Shown: positions 1 to 14,000, counted from the first letter of the stretch. The stretch is 64,000 bases of DNA from Octopus sinensis (GCF_006345805.1 NC_043012.1:43028001-43092000), one strand, 5' to 3'. Program-made: numbers and translations. The notes: generated by a model from the sequence alone, not told the origin.

Positions 1-227
1 AATTAGGTTAAAAAATATGGGAGTTTCTTATACATGGATAATATTATAACCCCTTACAAAACCTTTTTAACAAATTTTAAGCACGACCCAAATTAGGGGG
101 TTCCCTTTACACGAGGGTTCCTTATTCACGTTAAAATATGGTAATCATTTACAAATATATCTGAATAGAAATAAATTTTATACGACTATGAGGGTAGCAC
201 CAAGGTGTGTGTGAGTGTATGTATGTA

Positions 228-725
228 CAAGGCGCATTCCAGAAGTGCTGAGGCATTTTCAAGAGAGACATATATTTTCAGAGAAGTACAAAACTCTAAT
301 CCCCTTCAAAATAGGATTCTCTCACTTCAATGCACTCCAGCCACTTCGTGAAAACTCCGCTGAAGTCCTCCAAAGTGAAGTGTCTCGGACCCTTGTCACA
401 GCCTCTTTTATCTTCTTCAGTTTGGGAAACAACCAAAAGTTGCTGGGAGCTAGGTCTGAGTTGTAGGGAAGGCGAGACAGTTTTGATGACCATCTCTGTC
501 AAGTAGTTGGTTACCAGGATGGAATCGTGGACCGGTGCATTGTCCCAGTGCCTGTACTCTGGACTTTTGCGATGACATCTCTCCCTAAACTTCCTCAAAA
601 TCTTCACAAAGTACTCTTTGTTGACCGTCAAGCCAGACGTAACCCAGTGGATGTAGATGATGTTCTTGCTGTCGAGAATGATAATCAGCATGAGCTTTCA
701 GTGGACTTGCTTTGCCTAGCTCCTT
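228..725 (-). mobile_element. mariner (DD34D) transposase 3' fragment with one TIR
   Basis: ORF 296..691(-) has IYIHWV...TVNKEYFVKILRKFRER and HWDNAPVH. A shifted frame gives SDLAPSNFWLFPKLK, and the ORF ends YFEGD*. TIR-like CAAGGCGCATTCCAGAAGT follows TA at 226-227. Confidence 0.85.
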
Positions 726-763
726 GATTGACTGAGAGAGAGAGAGAAAGAGGTGTGCTGAGA

Positions 764-806
<43 letters not shown>

Positions 807-1592
807 TGAGTGTGTGAGTGATTGACTGAGATAGAGGTGTTGTCATGTATGTGTAAAACGGCTAGGATTAGTTACACACGCACACAAATATATACGTACA
901 CCCATTATCTGTCGTATACACGTACATGCATAAATACATAGGTATACACGTTTTTTATGTGTGTGTGTGCGTGTGTGAGAGAGAGAGAGGGAGAGAGAGA
1001 AATCATTCACTGAGTAAAGGTGTGTGTTTTCTCATGGTGGTTTTTTTGCATTATAAATCCTTAAAATCCTTTAAAATGTTTTAGCCCGAAGGCCGCGGCC
1101 ATGCTATGGCACCATACTTATGTATAAGTAGCTAAGTAAAATTTACGCTATCACTCTCTCTCTCTCTCTGTGTCACACACACACACCGAGCAACACACAC
1201 TCCTCTCTCTCTCTCTCAGTCATTCACTGAAAAAAGATGCGAGAAAAAATAAATAAAAATGTGTTCTCTGTCTCTGTCTCTCTGTCTCTCTCTCTCTCTC
1301 ACACACGTACACAACATCAACACACACACGTCTATGTCCATTTCCTCTCTCTTTCACTTTATACTGACTTCAAACAAAATGTACATTTTCACTCACAACA
1401 ATAAATAAATAAAAATTTACGGAATTTACCGAACGCTATAAGCCGAGCTGCGCACACACCTTCGAGTTAAAACAAAAGATTGCCGAAATGGCTAGGCTAT
1501 TGCCAAAATTTTAAAATAATATCTTAATTTAAAAAAAAAATTATGATATAATTACATTAATTAATACAGATGACGTAATTAAATTAATTACA

Positions 1593-2268
1593 AATTAGCG
1601 GTGACGTTGATAATTTCTTCCTTACCTCAGTGATGCTGGTGACATATATTAAAAGTCCCTTATAAAACTATATCCATAAAAAAGTATAGAACTATATTAT
1701 CACCCTCAAATTTGAGAAACAAACACTCTTAACTTTTTTCTTTTAGAATTTCATTGCATGAGATTGATACCATGAAATTCCTCGAATTGAGCTCTATCAT
1801 TTAAGCTTAATTAAAATATAGTTTGTTTTTAAAATATAAAAGTTATTTATACTTAAATCCAAATTTTTGCCTTACTTATATTTATTTTCATATTTTACCT
1901 CACAACTTCTTTTATACAACTTTTTGTTGCATGGGATCAAAAACTATGACATTCTTCATGCTTTCTTCTATCATTGACGCTAAGATAAACATATTTTGCT
2001 TTTAAAATGAAAAAGGTAGTTAGATCTAAACTTGATTCGAGGTGTTACTCTCTTATAACGTTGCAACAAATTTTGATGCAAACTTTTTTCTACAGGACCA
2101 AATTTCAATTATTTAATGCGAAAATGTAGCTAGGGACCAGTCCTCTTCACAAATGTTCACAGTTTTCAATATGGTTGAGAACTGAATTAGCGACAAAGCC
2201 TTTAAGGTGTTGCGTGTGAGTAAATTGCAGCCTTAATAAAATTATTCAACTACGACCGTAGTTGAATG
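1593..2268. repeat. dispersed non-coding repeat, copy 1, ending in a 10-bp-arm hairpin (non-autonomous DNA element, possibly Helentron-like)
   Basis: Long colinear match to 17142..17846. Hairpin ATTCAACTAC-GACC-GTAGTTGAAT at 2244-2267. Confidence 0.65.
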
Positions 2269-2288
2269 ATATATATATATATATATAA

Positions 2289-2791
2289 AAGATTGTAATG
2301 GACGCAGGTTCGTGTGTCATATAGCTAGCTAGAGGCGATGGCCTCTTGGAGATAATCAGCGACAGCTTTAGTCTTATATTTATGGACTGCCATATTAGTT
2401 TGGCGATAACTATTAATATCTAGTAAGGCTGCCGTAATCTCCTTTAGAGAGACTTAGTAATTTTAATATTTCTATTAATGAAAACAAGTGGATGTATTAC
2501 ACTGAAACTAGGTAAATAAAATCTTCGAACAGACGGTCGGTAGCGACACCTGCTGAGTCTGACTACGCTGCATTGATAAAGGGCAACAACCCTGAAACAT
2601 GTCTGCAGATGTCTGACCAGCAAGGTGAAGCGGCTGACCTCCCCTGTTCGAAGGTTGTAATGGGTGCAGGTTCGTGTGTCATATAGCTAGCTAGAGGCGA
2701 TGGCCTCATGGAGCTAATCAGCGACAGCTTTAGTCTTATATTTATGGACTGCCATATTAGTTTGGCGATAACTATTAATATATACGTAAGG
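2289..2791 (+). mobile_element. partial tandem (about 1.4 units) of a 362-bp retrozyme/pLTR-like unit
   Basis: 2293-2428 is repeated at 2655-2791. The unit contains AATAAA (2515-2520) and a hammerhead fold, and starts right after a (TA)n tract. Confidence 0.75.
2568..2608 (+). ncRNA. type I minimal hammerhead ribozyme, U3-A8 core variant
   Basis: CTGCA TTGATAA AGGG-CAACAA-CCCT GAAA CATG TC/ TGCAG. Stem I has 5 bp, stem II 4 bp, stem III is the palindrome ACATGT, and the cleavage triplet is GUC. Confidence 0.75.
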
Positions 2792-3104
2792 TGTACTAGC
2801 CATCTGAATGTGGCTAGCCACTGGGGGTGGGGTGTTACTGATGCTTTTAGCCCCAGGCGATCAACGTCACCAGATGGACTTTAGACACTATCTCAGTGCC
2901 CTTGTGTTATTTGCAAAGGGAGGTCATCCTCTCTCGAAGACCTAAGTACTACATACGGACTATAGTTTCAAGGTAATTGCCTCTCGTCAACGCATGGTAA
3001 GCACCGGTCTTCGATGAAGGAGTCCCCTTGCAAATAATATATAACGTTTTTCACAGCAACCACTGTCACTGATTTAGAAAAACTGTCTGAAAGCAATAAT
3101 AATA

Positions 3105-3260
<156 letters not shown>

Positions 3261-3449
3261 CACACACATAAATATTCTATAATTATAAGCATAATTATAA
3301 TTAGGGGTCAGCTAATTGCTTCACCACATACCGAATTTAGAAATAGGAGTTAAAAATTCCTTTTGTACTACCGTAAGAACCCCACACACAGTAACACACT
3401 TTTTTACGTAGGCAAAGAGAAAAATAATGAATCAACACAACTCCGATTA

Positions 3450-3509
3450 GCCACAGACGCGTTTCGAGATTAAAGTGTTTTATTACTTACTCCTCATCAC
3501 CAGTGTAGC
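3450..3509 (-). ncRNA. decayed type I hammerhead in a PLE 3' region
   Basis: Minus strand: GCTACA CTG(GTG)ATGA GGAG...CTC GAAA CGCG TC/ TGTGGC. The core carries a 3-nt insertion. Confidence 0.6.
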
Positions 3510-5610
3510 ATTTCCAATATAAAATTTGAAAGTGCTAGGGTTAAATATGTACACAATCGACTGACATCGTGCAACAGATATCCAACCAACACTTCCAAAA
3601 TTTGGTGCAATTAATTCAACGATCTTCAGTTTATGAGAATTCATGATAATGGTGATAATACCGATTCTGAGAATGGTGAGTATTAGTTGTGTCATTTTAT
3701 ATCTTTGTTTTATTTTATTTTTATTCGACTAATTACGTTTCCGCTGTAAATTATCAGGTTGCAGTGTGGAATAACATGCAAGGACAAAACTACGATGGAC
3801 GATTGAACTGAAATTAGGGACACTAATAGTTGCAGACATGTAGTTTCGTGTTTCAATTCGAAAAATAATATTATTTTGCAACATTGGTCTCGAAGTAAAC
3901 TATTTTCTAAAAAAAACACTTAAGCAAATCATATGTTCATACCTAAAGGACTGCACAAGATGCTATTCTCCTGGTTTCCAAGATCCAAAGACTTCTCTGA
4001 AGTTAACTTTGTTACCAACAAGAATCATAAAATAAAATAGGCAAGAACCATAAAATAAAATAAATGTAATGCTTAAAAGTGTCCCGAAATGTTTTAAAGG
4101 ATTGGATTTTTCAAATGAAGTGCCAGCCCCATTTTATTTTACATGAAGTATGCTATTGTCCCTCCACATAATTTTGTTAACATACATTATTGAACATTTT
4201 AGATTTCCTGCAATTATTGGGCAAGAATTTAGCGTTTGTAGTTTAATTTCTAATAGATTTATCTTACTCACAAAATAACACATAAGAAAAATTTATAGAA
4301 AAATATAAACATAAAATAATCGGAAATATTTTGGTATGTGTAGAAATTTCTTAAATACCTCTAATTTCTTAAGCCCTATACGACGTCTTTTGAATATTAC
4401 CAAATATACACTTTCCCAAACTAAGCATTTGTCCTTTTAGAATTGAATTCATCTTGAACTTCTGTGTGTGAAATAAAAGAAACAATTATACGATTGGTTT
4501 TGGTACATATTGGTTCTGTTATACAAATAATAACATTGTTCTGACGGCGATTCTCTATTCTTTTCTTTCCTTCACCAGTTTGTCGGTCATCTCTAAGCAT
4601 GGTTGCGTGGTTTAAAAGTTTTCTTCGCAACTATGTGATTTTGGGTTTGTTACCATTGCGCAACGTTTTTGTCAAATATCCTTTATCAAAGCTTTACTCG
4701 AATCGATCAAAGCTTACAAGAGTGAAATTTTGGAGAGGCAATCTGTGTGGAAGCCCGTTAGGATGGGCTATAGTCACAGGTCTTGGATGAGTCGTTAGCG
4801 AATGCAAGTCTCGCTTTGAGGATAACTTCTTTATCTCTTACCTGTCTTGGAGTCCCTGAAAAAAAAAATAATGGGCATCGTCGCTACTTCTCTGACAAAG
4901 AGATAAAAATCCATTGCTAATTTAATGAAACTAGTTTTTGATATGACTAGAAAGTAATGAAAATCTACGTCAACTATCTTGGAAAAAAAAATGATGCCCC
5001 ATACACTATGAGACATTCCCATAGAAAGGTCCACTAAGAAAGTTTTAAGTAAGATATTTAAGTAATAGAGGATAATATAATTAGAAGGAATATTATAAAT
5101 CTATCCATAAATGCTGGTTTACATTCAAGCTTTTGCGCACCTATCAAATGTAGTCATTAAGATTTGCGTTTTTTCTCTACTGTGGTTGTAATTTGATTTA
5201 ATTAATATTTCTTATCCCACACCAGTAAGTAGTCTAGTATTCACTTTATTGCTTGTTTTTCATACACTTTAATAGATCAAGACATCAAAGACTATACACG
5301 ATATGTAGCTACTCTCGATTCCCAGTAGCCATACAAAGCTTTCCACTGCACCAACACTACCAGGTCGCAAAAAAAAATAAGTGGGGTTTTCTGCAGTGAC
5401 AATAACCAAAACAAAATTACGAAGTAGAATCAGGCATAAGGAACATACTTCGAGTGTCATTATCTCCCATCACTTCCAGATGGGATCGCCTAGTTGCAGA
5501 GAAACGATTCTAATGTGGAACCTATCACATAACAATAGAAGTTCTATCAAAAAAATTACCGTAGATTTATGCCAAATGAAACCTCAGAAATGTTTCATAG
5601 AAATATAGCA
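3450..5610 (-). mobile_element. decayed Penelope-like element (RT and GIY-YIG remnants)
   Basis: Minus-strand frames give NFTLVSFD (RT) near 4700 and a CNLIIYSG-like endonuclease relic near 3750. A hammerhead relic lies 3' of these. Confidence 0.55.
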
Positions 5611-5992
5611 TTGAAGACAGGCGTTCTTTCACCTGCAAGTGTGAAGATGGTTGACTAGATGTATGTGAGCCTTTCAGTGGCAGCATTTAGGGCAGACACA
5701 CTTTTAATACAGTGATCTAACAATGGGGAATAAGTCTTTTTGTAATAATGTTACAAGGTTTCACAAAGTAACATGAATTGTGAGTAATATCTCAAAGAAA
5801 AGAATCTATATTTAGATTTAGGCAAGTTAGTACAATAATAGATACAAAATAGTTTATTATGCATCTATTATTGTCTGTATATGTATATAATATTTATGTA
5901 CCTTATCATACATGTAGTATATTTTACCCCGAGTATATATGTACATGAATTCTACTGTGTGTATATATGTGTATGCGTGCATATGTATTTTA

Positions 5993-6109
5993 TGGTACTG
6001 GGTTCAGTCCCACTGCGTGACATCTTGGGCAAGTGTCTTCTGCTATAGCCCCGGGCCGACCAATGCCTTGTGAGTGGATTTGGTAGACGGAAACTGAAAG
6101 AAGCCGGTC

Positions 6110-6193
<84 letters not shown>

Positions 6194-6410
6194 TTGTGTG
6201 TCTGTGTTTGTCCCCCTAGCATTGCTTGACAACCGATGCTGGTGCTTTTATGTCCCCGTCACTTAGCGGTTCGGCAAAAAGAGACCGATAGAATAAGTAC
6301 TGGGCTTACAAAGAATAAGTCCCGGGGTCGATTTGCTCGACTAAAGGCGGTGCTCCAGCATGGCCGCAGTCAAATGACTGAAACAAGTAAAAGAAAAAGA
6401 AAGAAAGAAT
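5993..6410 (+). mobile_element. tRNA-derived SINE with internal (TA)n/(TG)n, 5'-truncated
   Basis: B-box-like GGTTCAGTCC, central CTTGGGCAAGTGTCTTCT, and tail GGCCGCAGTCAAATGACTGAAACAAGTAAAAG. Same family as 36216, 49370 and 60738. Confidence 0.85.
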
Positions 6411-6861
6411 TTGTATATTACTCCTTTATGCGTGTGTATTTTATTGTATATACGAATGCATTACCTTGTTGTGTTACAGTGTATATGTATATATTGTGTG
6501 TACGAACATTGGTTTGTTAGTATTTTGCTAATGAGCTACTTATTGTTTGGCAACTGCATCTTGCTCTATACTGTGAAAGAAGGTAATTATTTACCTACTG
6601 ACTGGGTTGTATGCCACTGGTGCACGACGTCATGTTTTTCCGTTTTGTATTTATATTAAATCAAGGCATATTTTTATAGATACCTCTTTTCTGTACTGCC
6701 AGTTGGGGGTTTGGTTTGATACATCTAGCAACGCTGTGGAGTACATGCTTAAAAAAATAGTCATCTTATAAAAAGAAAAAAAAAAGTCCAACTACGTAAG
6801 TTCGTCATGTTTGCTTACTCATGTACAAACAAGCTTGCCGAGGGTGAAGTAGAAAGGGAGG

Positions 6862-6918
<57 letters not shown>

Positions 6919-6972
6919 TTAAACTAATAAGAATACATACACACATAAATCTAAATACACAATCTCTCGCTT

Positions 6973-7004
<32 letters not shown>

Positions 7005-7407
7005 AGAATAAATATGAAGAATAAATATGGCACTACTTTATTATTTGTTGCAGTTGTTCCTGAACCACTCTGTTTCTAACCACGTGATGCAATATATGTG
7101 GCTCAATATATCGGAGTTGTACATTAACAGACTGCATTAAGCATTAAGTCTTGACTTTTCGCATTATGCAAGGAATTTGTATTTTGTGTTTCTTATACAG
7201 GGTAGAACGAGAACAAAGAGTACAAAAATGATAATAATTATGAAACAGGATGAAAATAATAACAATTACAATAGCAATACCTACGATACTAAAACTGGTA
7301 AAAACGGCATCGATAAGACACTGGATAGTAATAAATCACAAATGTAAACTGTGACAAATGTTGAAAATATTACGGACCAGGATAATAACAATGATGATGG
7401 CAATAAT

Positions 7408-7573
7408 GGTTTCAAATTGTGACACAAGCCCAGCAATTTTGGGGATGGAGACTAGTCGATTACATCGACCCCAGTGCTCAGCTGGTATTTATTTTAGCGA
7501 CCACGAAAGGGTGAAAGGCAGAGTCGACCTAGGCTGAATTTGAGCTCAGGACGTAAAGACGAACGAAATGCCT
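7408..7573 (-). mobile_element. second SINE family, fragment
   Basis: GTCGATTACATCGACCCCAG...GAAAGGCAGAGTCGACC, shared with 15240-15605 and 57712-57939. Confidence 0.75.
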
Positions 7574-7809
7574 CCATTTGCAATATCGTGCGCTGCTTGT
7601 CTTGATATGAAATCACCAACCCATGCACATATGGTTGTGATGTATGAGCCTGGTGTACCCATATCATACTGGTAGTCATAATTGGAACATTGGGCTTCGA
7701 ATATTTGTATTCCAGTGTCACTTTGATGGCATGCGCTGTTCTCTCCCTCAGTAATAATAATAATAATAATAATAATAATGATAATAATAATAATAATAAT
7801 AATAATAAA

Positions 7810-8502
7810 CATGTAATGAAAAGAAATATTACAAGTAACTGCAGAATATGTGGAGATGGACAAGAAACAATAAATCATATTATCTCTAGCTGCCCAGTCC
7901 TGGCTAAGAAGGAATATATTCACAGACATGACAGAGTTGGAACCTACATACATTGGAAGCTATGCCAACATTATGGAATAACAACAGAAAAAGATGGTAT
8001 AGGCACACACTAGAAAAGGTCACAGAAAACGAGAAAGCAACCATACTCTGGGATATGCCGATACACACAGATAGAGAAATTAAGGCCAACAGACCAGATA
8101 TAGTTGTCAGAGACCATGAAGAAAAAAAATGCTTTCTAATTGATGTATCAGTACCGGCAGATGACAACGTGTCTCTAAAAGAAATGGAGAAACTCTCAAA
8201 ATACAAAGACCTGGAAATAGAGGTAACTAGAATGTGGAATCTGAAAACAGAAACAATTCCTATCATAGTAGGTGCATTAGGCATGATAAAAAAATATTCA
8301 GACAAATACATAACAAAAACACCACGACTTACAAACACATATAACATACAGAAAATTGCACTACTAGGCACTGCACACATCCTACGCAGAACACTTTCCA
8401 TACAATAACCATCAGAGCATCACAACAAATCACAGCACATACCCAAGGCACACAGAGCTGCGCTCGGTAGTGAAGTGAAAGCACGCTATAAAAATAAAAC
8501 TA

Positions 8503-8505
<3 letters not shown>
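7810..8505 (+). mobile_element. R4/Dong-like non-LTR retrotransposon 3' end (Zn knuckle plus RLE endonuclease)
   Basis: CRICGDGQETINHIISSC, RHDRVGTYIHWKLC, NRPDIVV, LIDVSVP and IPIIVGALG. Flanked by (TAA)n on both sides. Confidence 0.9.
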
Positions 8506-8577
<72 letters not shown>

Positions 8578-9040
8578 GATGGGCTACAGCAAATATTCTG
8601 CTCAATACCACAGATTTGCTTGTCAGTTGTTTGACCTTAACCAGTTGAGCATGTCCCTTAGTGGCTGACGATATGTGCATCTCTGATCACGAGCAGAAGT
8701 AGTGGGGGAGCATCATAGCCATGTGTTGAGAGGGATTCTTTGGGGTTTGAATAATTCACCTCTGGAAACATGGGTGGTTCTTTCAACATCCTTAAACAAC
8801 CCTTATTCAGGGACCTTTTGAGCGGGATGGGCTACTCAACCTGAAGAAAATTCTAACTGGGCCCCACCTGCAAGGTCATGTGCTGTTTATCTTGATATGA
8901 GATCACCATGTCGCGCACATATGGTTGTGATGCATGTGCCTGGTGTACCCTTATCAGACGGGTAGTCATGATGGGTATATTGGGCTTCGTATATTTTACC
9001 CCAGTGTCACTTTGATGGCATGAACTGCTTTCTCACTCAA
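8578..9040. repeat. about 460-bp non-coding repeat between (TAA)n tracts (partial copies at 7590-7750 and 9315-9597)
   Basis: Three colinear copies of CAAGGTCATGTGCTGTTTATCTTGATAT...GTGTCACTTTGATGGCATG. Each ends ...CTC(A/C)CTCA before (TAA)n. Confidence 0.8.
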
Positions 9041-9051
9041 TAATAATAATA

Positions 9052-9095
<44 letters not shown>

Positions 9096-9230
9096 AATCA
9101 AACCTTATAAGGTGCGGAAAGGGACGGTGTGAGATCTCTGATAACAGCCTACTGTCCACTCTCACAGAATCAACCAGAGCAAACAAGACCGAGCGTTCTG
9201 AGAAGTAAAGCAATTATGATGATGATGATG

Positions 9231-9297
<67 letters not shown>

Positions 9298-9596
9298 TAA
9301 TAATAATAATAATAGCACAATTCACCTCCGGAAACATGGGTATTTCATTCAACATTCTTAAACAACCCTTATTCCAGGACCTTTGGAGTGGGATAGGCTG
9401 CTCGTCCTGAAAAAATTCTAACTGGGTTCAACCTGCAAGGTCATGTGCTGTTTATCTTGATATAAGATCACCATGTCGCGCACATATGGGTGTGATGCAT
9501 GTGCCTGGCGTACCCTTATCAGACGTGTGGTCATGATGGATAAACTGGGCTTCGTATATTTTACCCAAGTGTCACTTTGATAGCATGCTCTCACTC

Positions 9597-9659
<63 letters not shown>

Positions 9660-9663
<4 letters not shown>

Positions 9664-10905
9664 TTAGCAAAATGTGGAACCTGAAGACTAAAACAATACC
9701 TGTTGTCATAGGTGCCCTGGGAATGATAGCAAAAGGGGCTGATTGCTACCTAGCAGTTAATACGTGGGTGATAACATCACTTCGGTATGGAGCGGGAATT
9801 ATAAAATGGCAAAAGAGAGAAGTGAAGAAAATGGATGCCAAGACCAGAAAAATGTTGACAGTACACGGAGTAAGAGTAACATCGATAGGCTGTACTTGTC
9901 GAGAAGAAAGGGTGGGAGAGGTTTGATCAGTTGTCAGGGCTGTATCGAAGCAGAGGAAAACAGCTCAGGGCGGTATATAAAAAATGTCGTGGAGCCACTG
10001 TTGAAACACGTGAAGAAGACCGGCGTCATCAAAACTGAAAATTCTGTAACGAAAGAAAAATTTAAACAAGAAATGAACAATTGAAAAAAAAAAGAAAATG
10101 CATGGAAGGAAAAATGTACGGTCAGTTTGCAAGAGATGTGAACACCAAGACAGGTTCAGAGAACCGGTGGTTATGGATGAAGGGGAGTGACCTTGAGACA
10201 GAGACAGAAGCACTCATATGTGCAGCTCAGGAATAATCGTTAAGGACCAACAATATGAAGTGCAGAATAGACAACACTACCGATAGTGACAAATGCAGAA
10301 TGTGTGGTGGGAGGGTGAAGCGGTATGGCACATTGTTAGCAAATGCCCGAAACTGACACAACGCGAATACAAAAGACGCCATGACAATGTGGCAAGAATG
10401 ATCCATTGGGAGCTCTGTGGAAATCACGGCCTACAAAGAGAAAAGACGTGGTATGAGCAAACTCCAGAAGGAGTCACCAAAAATGAGAATTGCAAAATCC
10501 TGTGGGATGCAATGATCCATTGCGATCACCTAACCAGACATCGGAAACCGGACATTGTTGTGGTGAAGAAAAAAGACAGAACATGTATGATTATCGACAT
10601 AGCATGCCCCCGTGACAACAGGATCAATGAGAAAGAAGAAGAAAAAATAAACAACTATGACAATTTGAAGTGGGAAATACGAAGGTTGTGGTCAATGAAG
10701 TAAGTAGACGTGATAACAGTTGAAATTGGTGTCGCTCAACTACCAACGTGGCTGAAAAAGATTGGTGCAAGTGTGAATGTAGAACACCTACAAAGATCAG
10801 CATTACTTCGAACTGCAAGAATTCTTCGCAGGGTTCTTGAAGCATGACCAGTAAGCAAGTGTCACCCTGGTCTGCTGGCTGTGAACAGCCAACACTTTCC
10901 GACAA
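9660..10905 (+). mobile_element. R4/Dong-like 3' fragments, second family
   Basis: IDRLYLSRRKGGRGL, HIVSKCPKLTQREYKRRHDNVARMIHWELC and RKPDIVV...IIDIACP. Followed by (GAT)/(TAA)n. Confidence 0.88.
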
Positions 10906-10952
10906 AATAAGCTGTGAGTTTTCATATAATGATGATGATACTGATGATGATG

Positions 10953-11074
<122 letters not shown>

Positions 11075-11085
11075 CCTAACCCTAA

Positions 11086-14000
11086 ACAGACAGATCCGTT
11101 TCCTAATGTAAGCGTCGAAGCTCGTCATGCTTCACTGTTAACAAAACAAATTACAAACCACAATGGTCATCGATCGGGTTACAAAAGAGCACATACTCGA
11201 ATGTTGAACCAGATTCGAGTCGAAAAATCAGCTACTGGTTCAAATATTCCCAACACACAGGAGCTGGAAGTACCCCACAACCGGAATATTTCAACAGATG
11301 GCCATCCATGCCCGTCATCAAATAACCAAAAGAAAAAGAATGAAAAATGGTCTAGGGAAGATAATAAAGAAGTTCTTACGGCCTTCTACCATGCCATATA
11401 TTTCCCCACAGATAAATCTAACACTGTACAAACCTACTTAAACTGGAGACGGAAACACCCTGAAGTAAGACCCTACATAGACAGTAACAAACTTGCCAAC
11501 GTCAGAAGAAACATTATGAAAAAAAAATTACTGGCTGAAGTAGAGATTGACCAAATTAAACAAGCAGCAAAGGATAAAAAGAACGAAGCTGTAGCTAAAG
11601 AAGATACTACTGAGGAAATAATTATAGACCAGCTCAGGGCTGATGAAAACGCAGTAAGGATTGAAAGAGTTAATGTAATTGATAGGCAAAGTGAAATACT
11701 CTCTGAACCAACCATAAATTCTAAGACATGAAAATCAAATAGATGAAGAAAGTCACACAAATATTGACCCAACAGAACTACATGAGCTAAAAAATCAAAT
11801 CATGATTGAATGGCTGAAAATTAAAGAAATTAGTATGGATGAACGCGATACTCTCTCAAAAATCCGCAATTCTAACCAAAACCTGAGAATAATAGGTAAA
11901 ATCGGCCTTGCACTTAAGGATATAATTTCAGCTAATGATGTTGATATCACAGATCTCAACCACAGATCTCTATGCATCCGCGAGAATCTCAACGATTATA
12001 TGTGGTGAAAATGGCAACATTCCCACAAAAGCCTTCTTGGTAAGAGCATATCCAACATCAAATTAAGCTACTTAGGTCTGACATAGAATGTTTGAAAAAC
12101 CTTAAGTTTGACAAGACTACCAAACCTACAAAAACCCGAAAATTAAAGAAAAAACATAATTGACATTGATGCCACTATAGAAACTATCAAGCAAAAGGTA
12201 TGTGCTAAAGCTGCCCGCATAGCGAGGTACGAAAGACATGTTAGATTCTTCAAGGACAACAACATGTTAAAAATAACCCCCAAAATTTTTTACAGGAAGA
12301 TAGGGAAAACACCAGTTACTGTAAAGTCTGTACCACCAAAAGAAGTGCAGGGATTTTGGAATAAAATTTGGGCAGAAGAAAAACACACAACGAAAAGGCC
12401 CCTTGGATTGATAGAATATCTACAGACTTGGACGCCTTAGAGGGGCAAAAGTGGGAGGGTATCAAGGTAGAAGATATAAGATTTGCTCTCAGGAGGTCAA
12501 GCAAATGGAAGTCTCCAGGAAAGGATAAAATTCCTAACTTCTGGTTCCCAGCCATGAACTGCTATAAGAACTTTACAACGATGTTTTGCAACACCCTAGT
12601 TGGATGCCTTCTTGGCTAGTTAATGGTTTAACATTCCTGCTTCCAAAAAGTGAAGAAACAAATGAAGCAAAAAATTATAAACCCATAACCTGCTTAACAA
12701 CTATGTACAAAACGCTAACATCTGTCCTGGCGGAATATACCTATAGTTTTTTAACAGACAGCAGCATATTCCCTAATGAACAAAAATGATGTAAACGTGG
12801 ATCCTATAGTTGTAAAGGTCAGCTACTCATCAATAAGATGATCTTAGAAGATTGTCACAAACGATACAAAAACTTGTCGATAGCCTGGATAGATTATAAA
12901 AAGGCTTTTGATAGCCTACCACATAGCTGGATTAAGAAATGCCTGGAAATGTATAAAATAGCGCCTACTCTGCGAAACTTTTTGTCTGTAAGTATGAGAT
13001 CATGGAGAATCACACTAACTTTGAACTGGTGATGTAAAAATTTCCCTATCACCACTCCTCTTTTGTTTAGCCTTAATACCTCTCTCAAAATTGCTCAATG
13101 ATGCACAGTACGGTTATAAAATGTTTGATAAAAATATAAATCATCTCATTTACATGGATGATTTAAAGCTCTTTGCAAAAAATGACCAACAACTCAAGGG
13201 CTTACTAGCGATTGTTAAACAATTCAGTGATCACATCAGAATGCAATTTGGCCTCGATAAATGTGAAAAAGCTACCTTTATCAAAGGAAAAATGACAGAA
13301 ACATCTAACGTTAACCTTGACCAGCGGAATGTCATAAAAGAGTTAGACTCAGCGGAGAGCTACAAGTACCTTCAGTGATGAAGGAAATGATCAGGAGAGA
13401 ATGTTATCGCAGAGTAAGAGCAATACTCAAGACAGAGTTGAATGCAAAAATCAGGATCGAAGCGATCAATGCTTTAGCCATACCAGTTGTGACTTACAGT
13501 TTCAATATCATTAACTGGTCAATTACTGAAATATGTAATCTTGACAGAAAAATACGAAAACTATTGACAATGCATAGAATGCACCACCCTAAGGCAGATA
13601 TAGGACGAATTTATCTGCCAAGAAAAGTGGGAGGCCGTGGACTTTTACAACTGGCATTAACAATGAAGATTGCCACAAGTGGCCTAGACACCTACCTGAA
13701 AAACTCTGAGGACTGGAAGTTAAAACTTGTCTCAAAACATGAAAACAAGAAAGCATCATACTCAGTAACAAAACAGGCAAATGAATTTCTAAGTGAATTC
13801 CGAATACAACAAATTCCAGAATTAGACATACAAAAAACAAGCGCAGAAAAAGCTAAGCGCATGAAAACCTGAATGATAAAGGGCAAGAAAAACCTCTCAT
13901 TGGCAAATACCCAAAGAGAGCGAATAATGCCGATGCTGACAAAGCTCTCACCCATCAATGGCTAATGACCTCTGGCTTAGAATCAGAAACAGAAGGGTTT

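Noticed and set aside
2815-2900. HDV-like ribozyme in the GGGGG...AGCCCC-hairpin motif (related motif at about 48865-48950)
   Set aside because: The segment between the putative P1 strands is too short to hold P2, P3 and L3.
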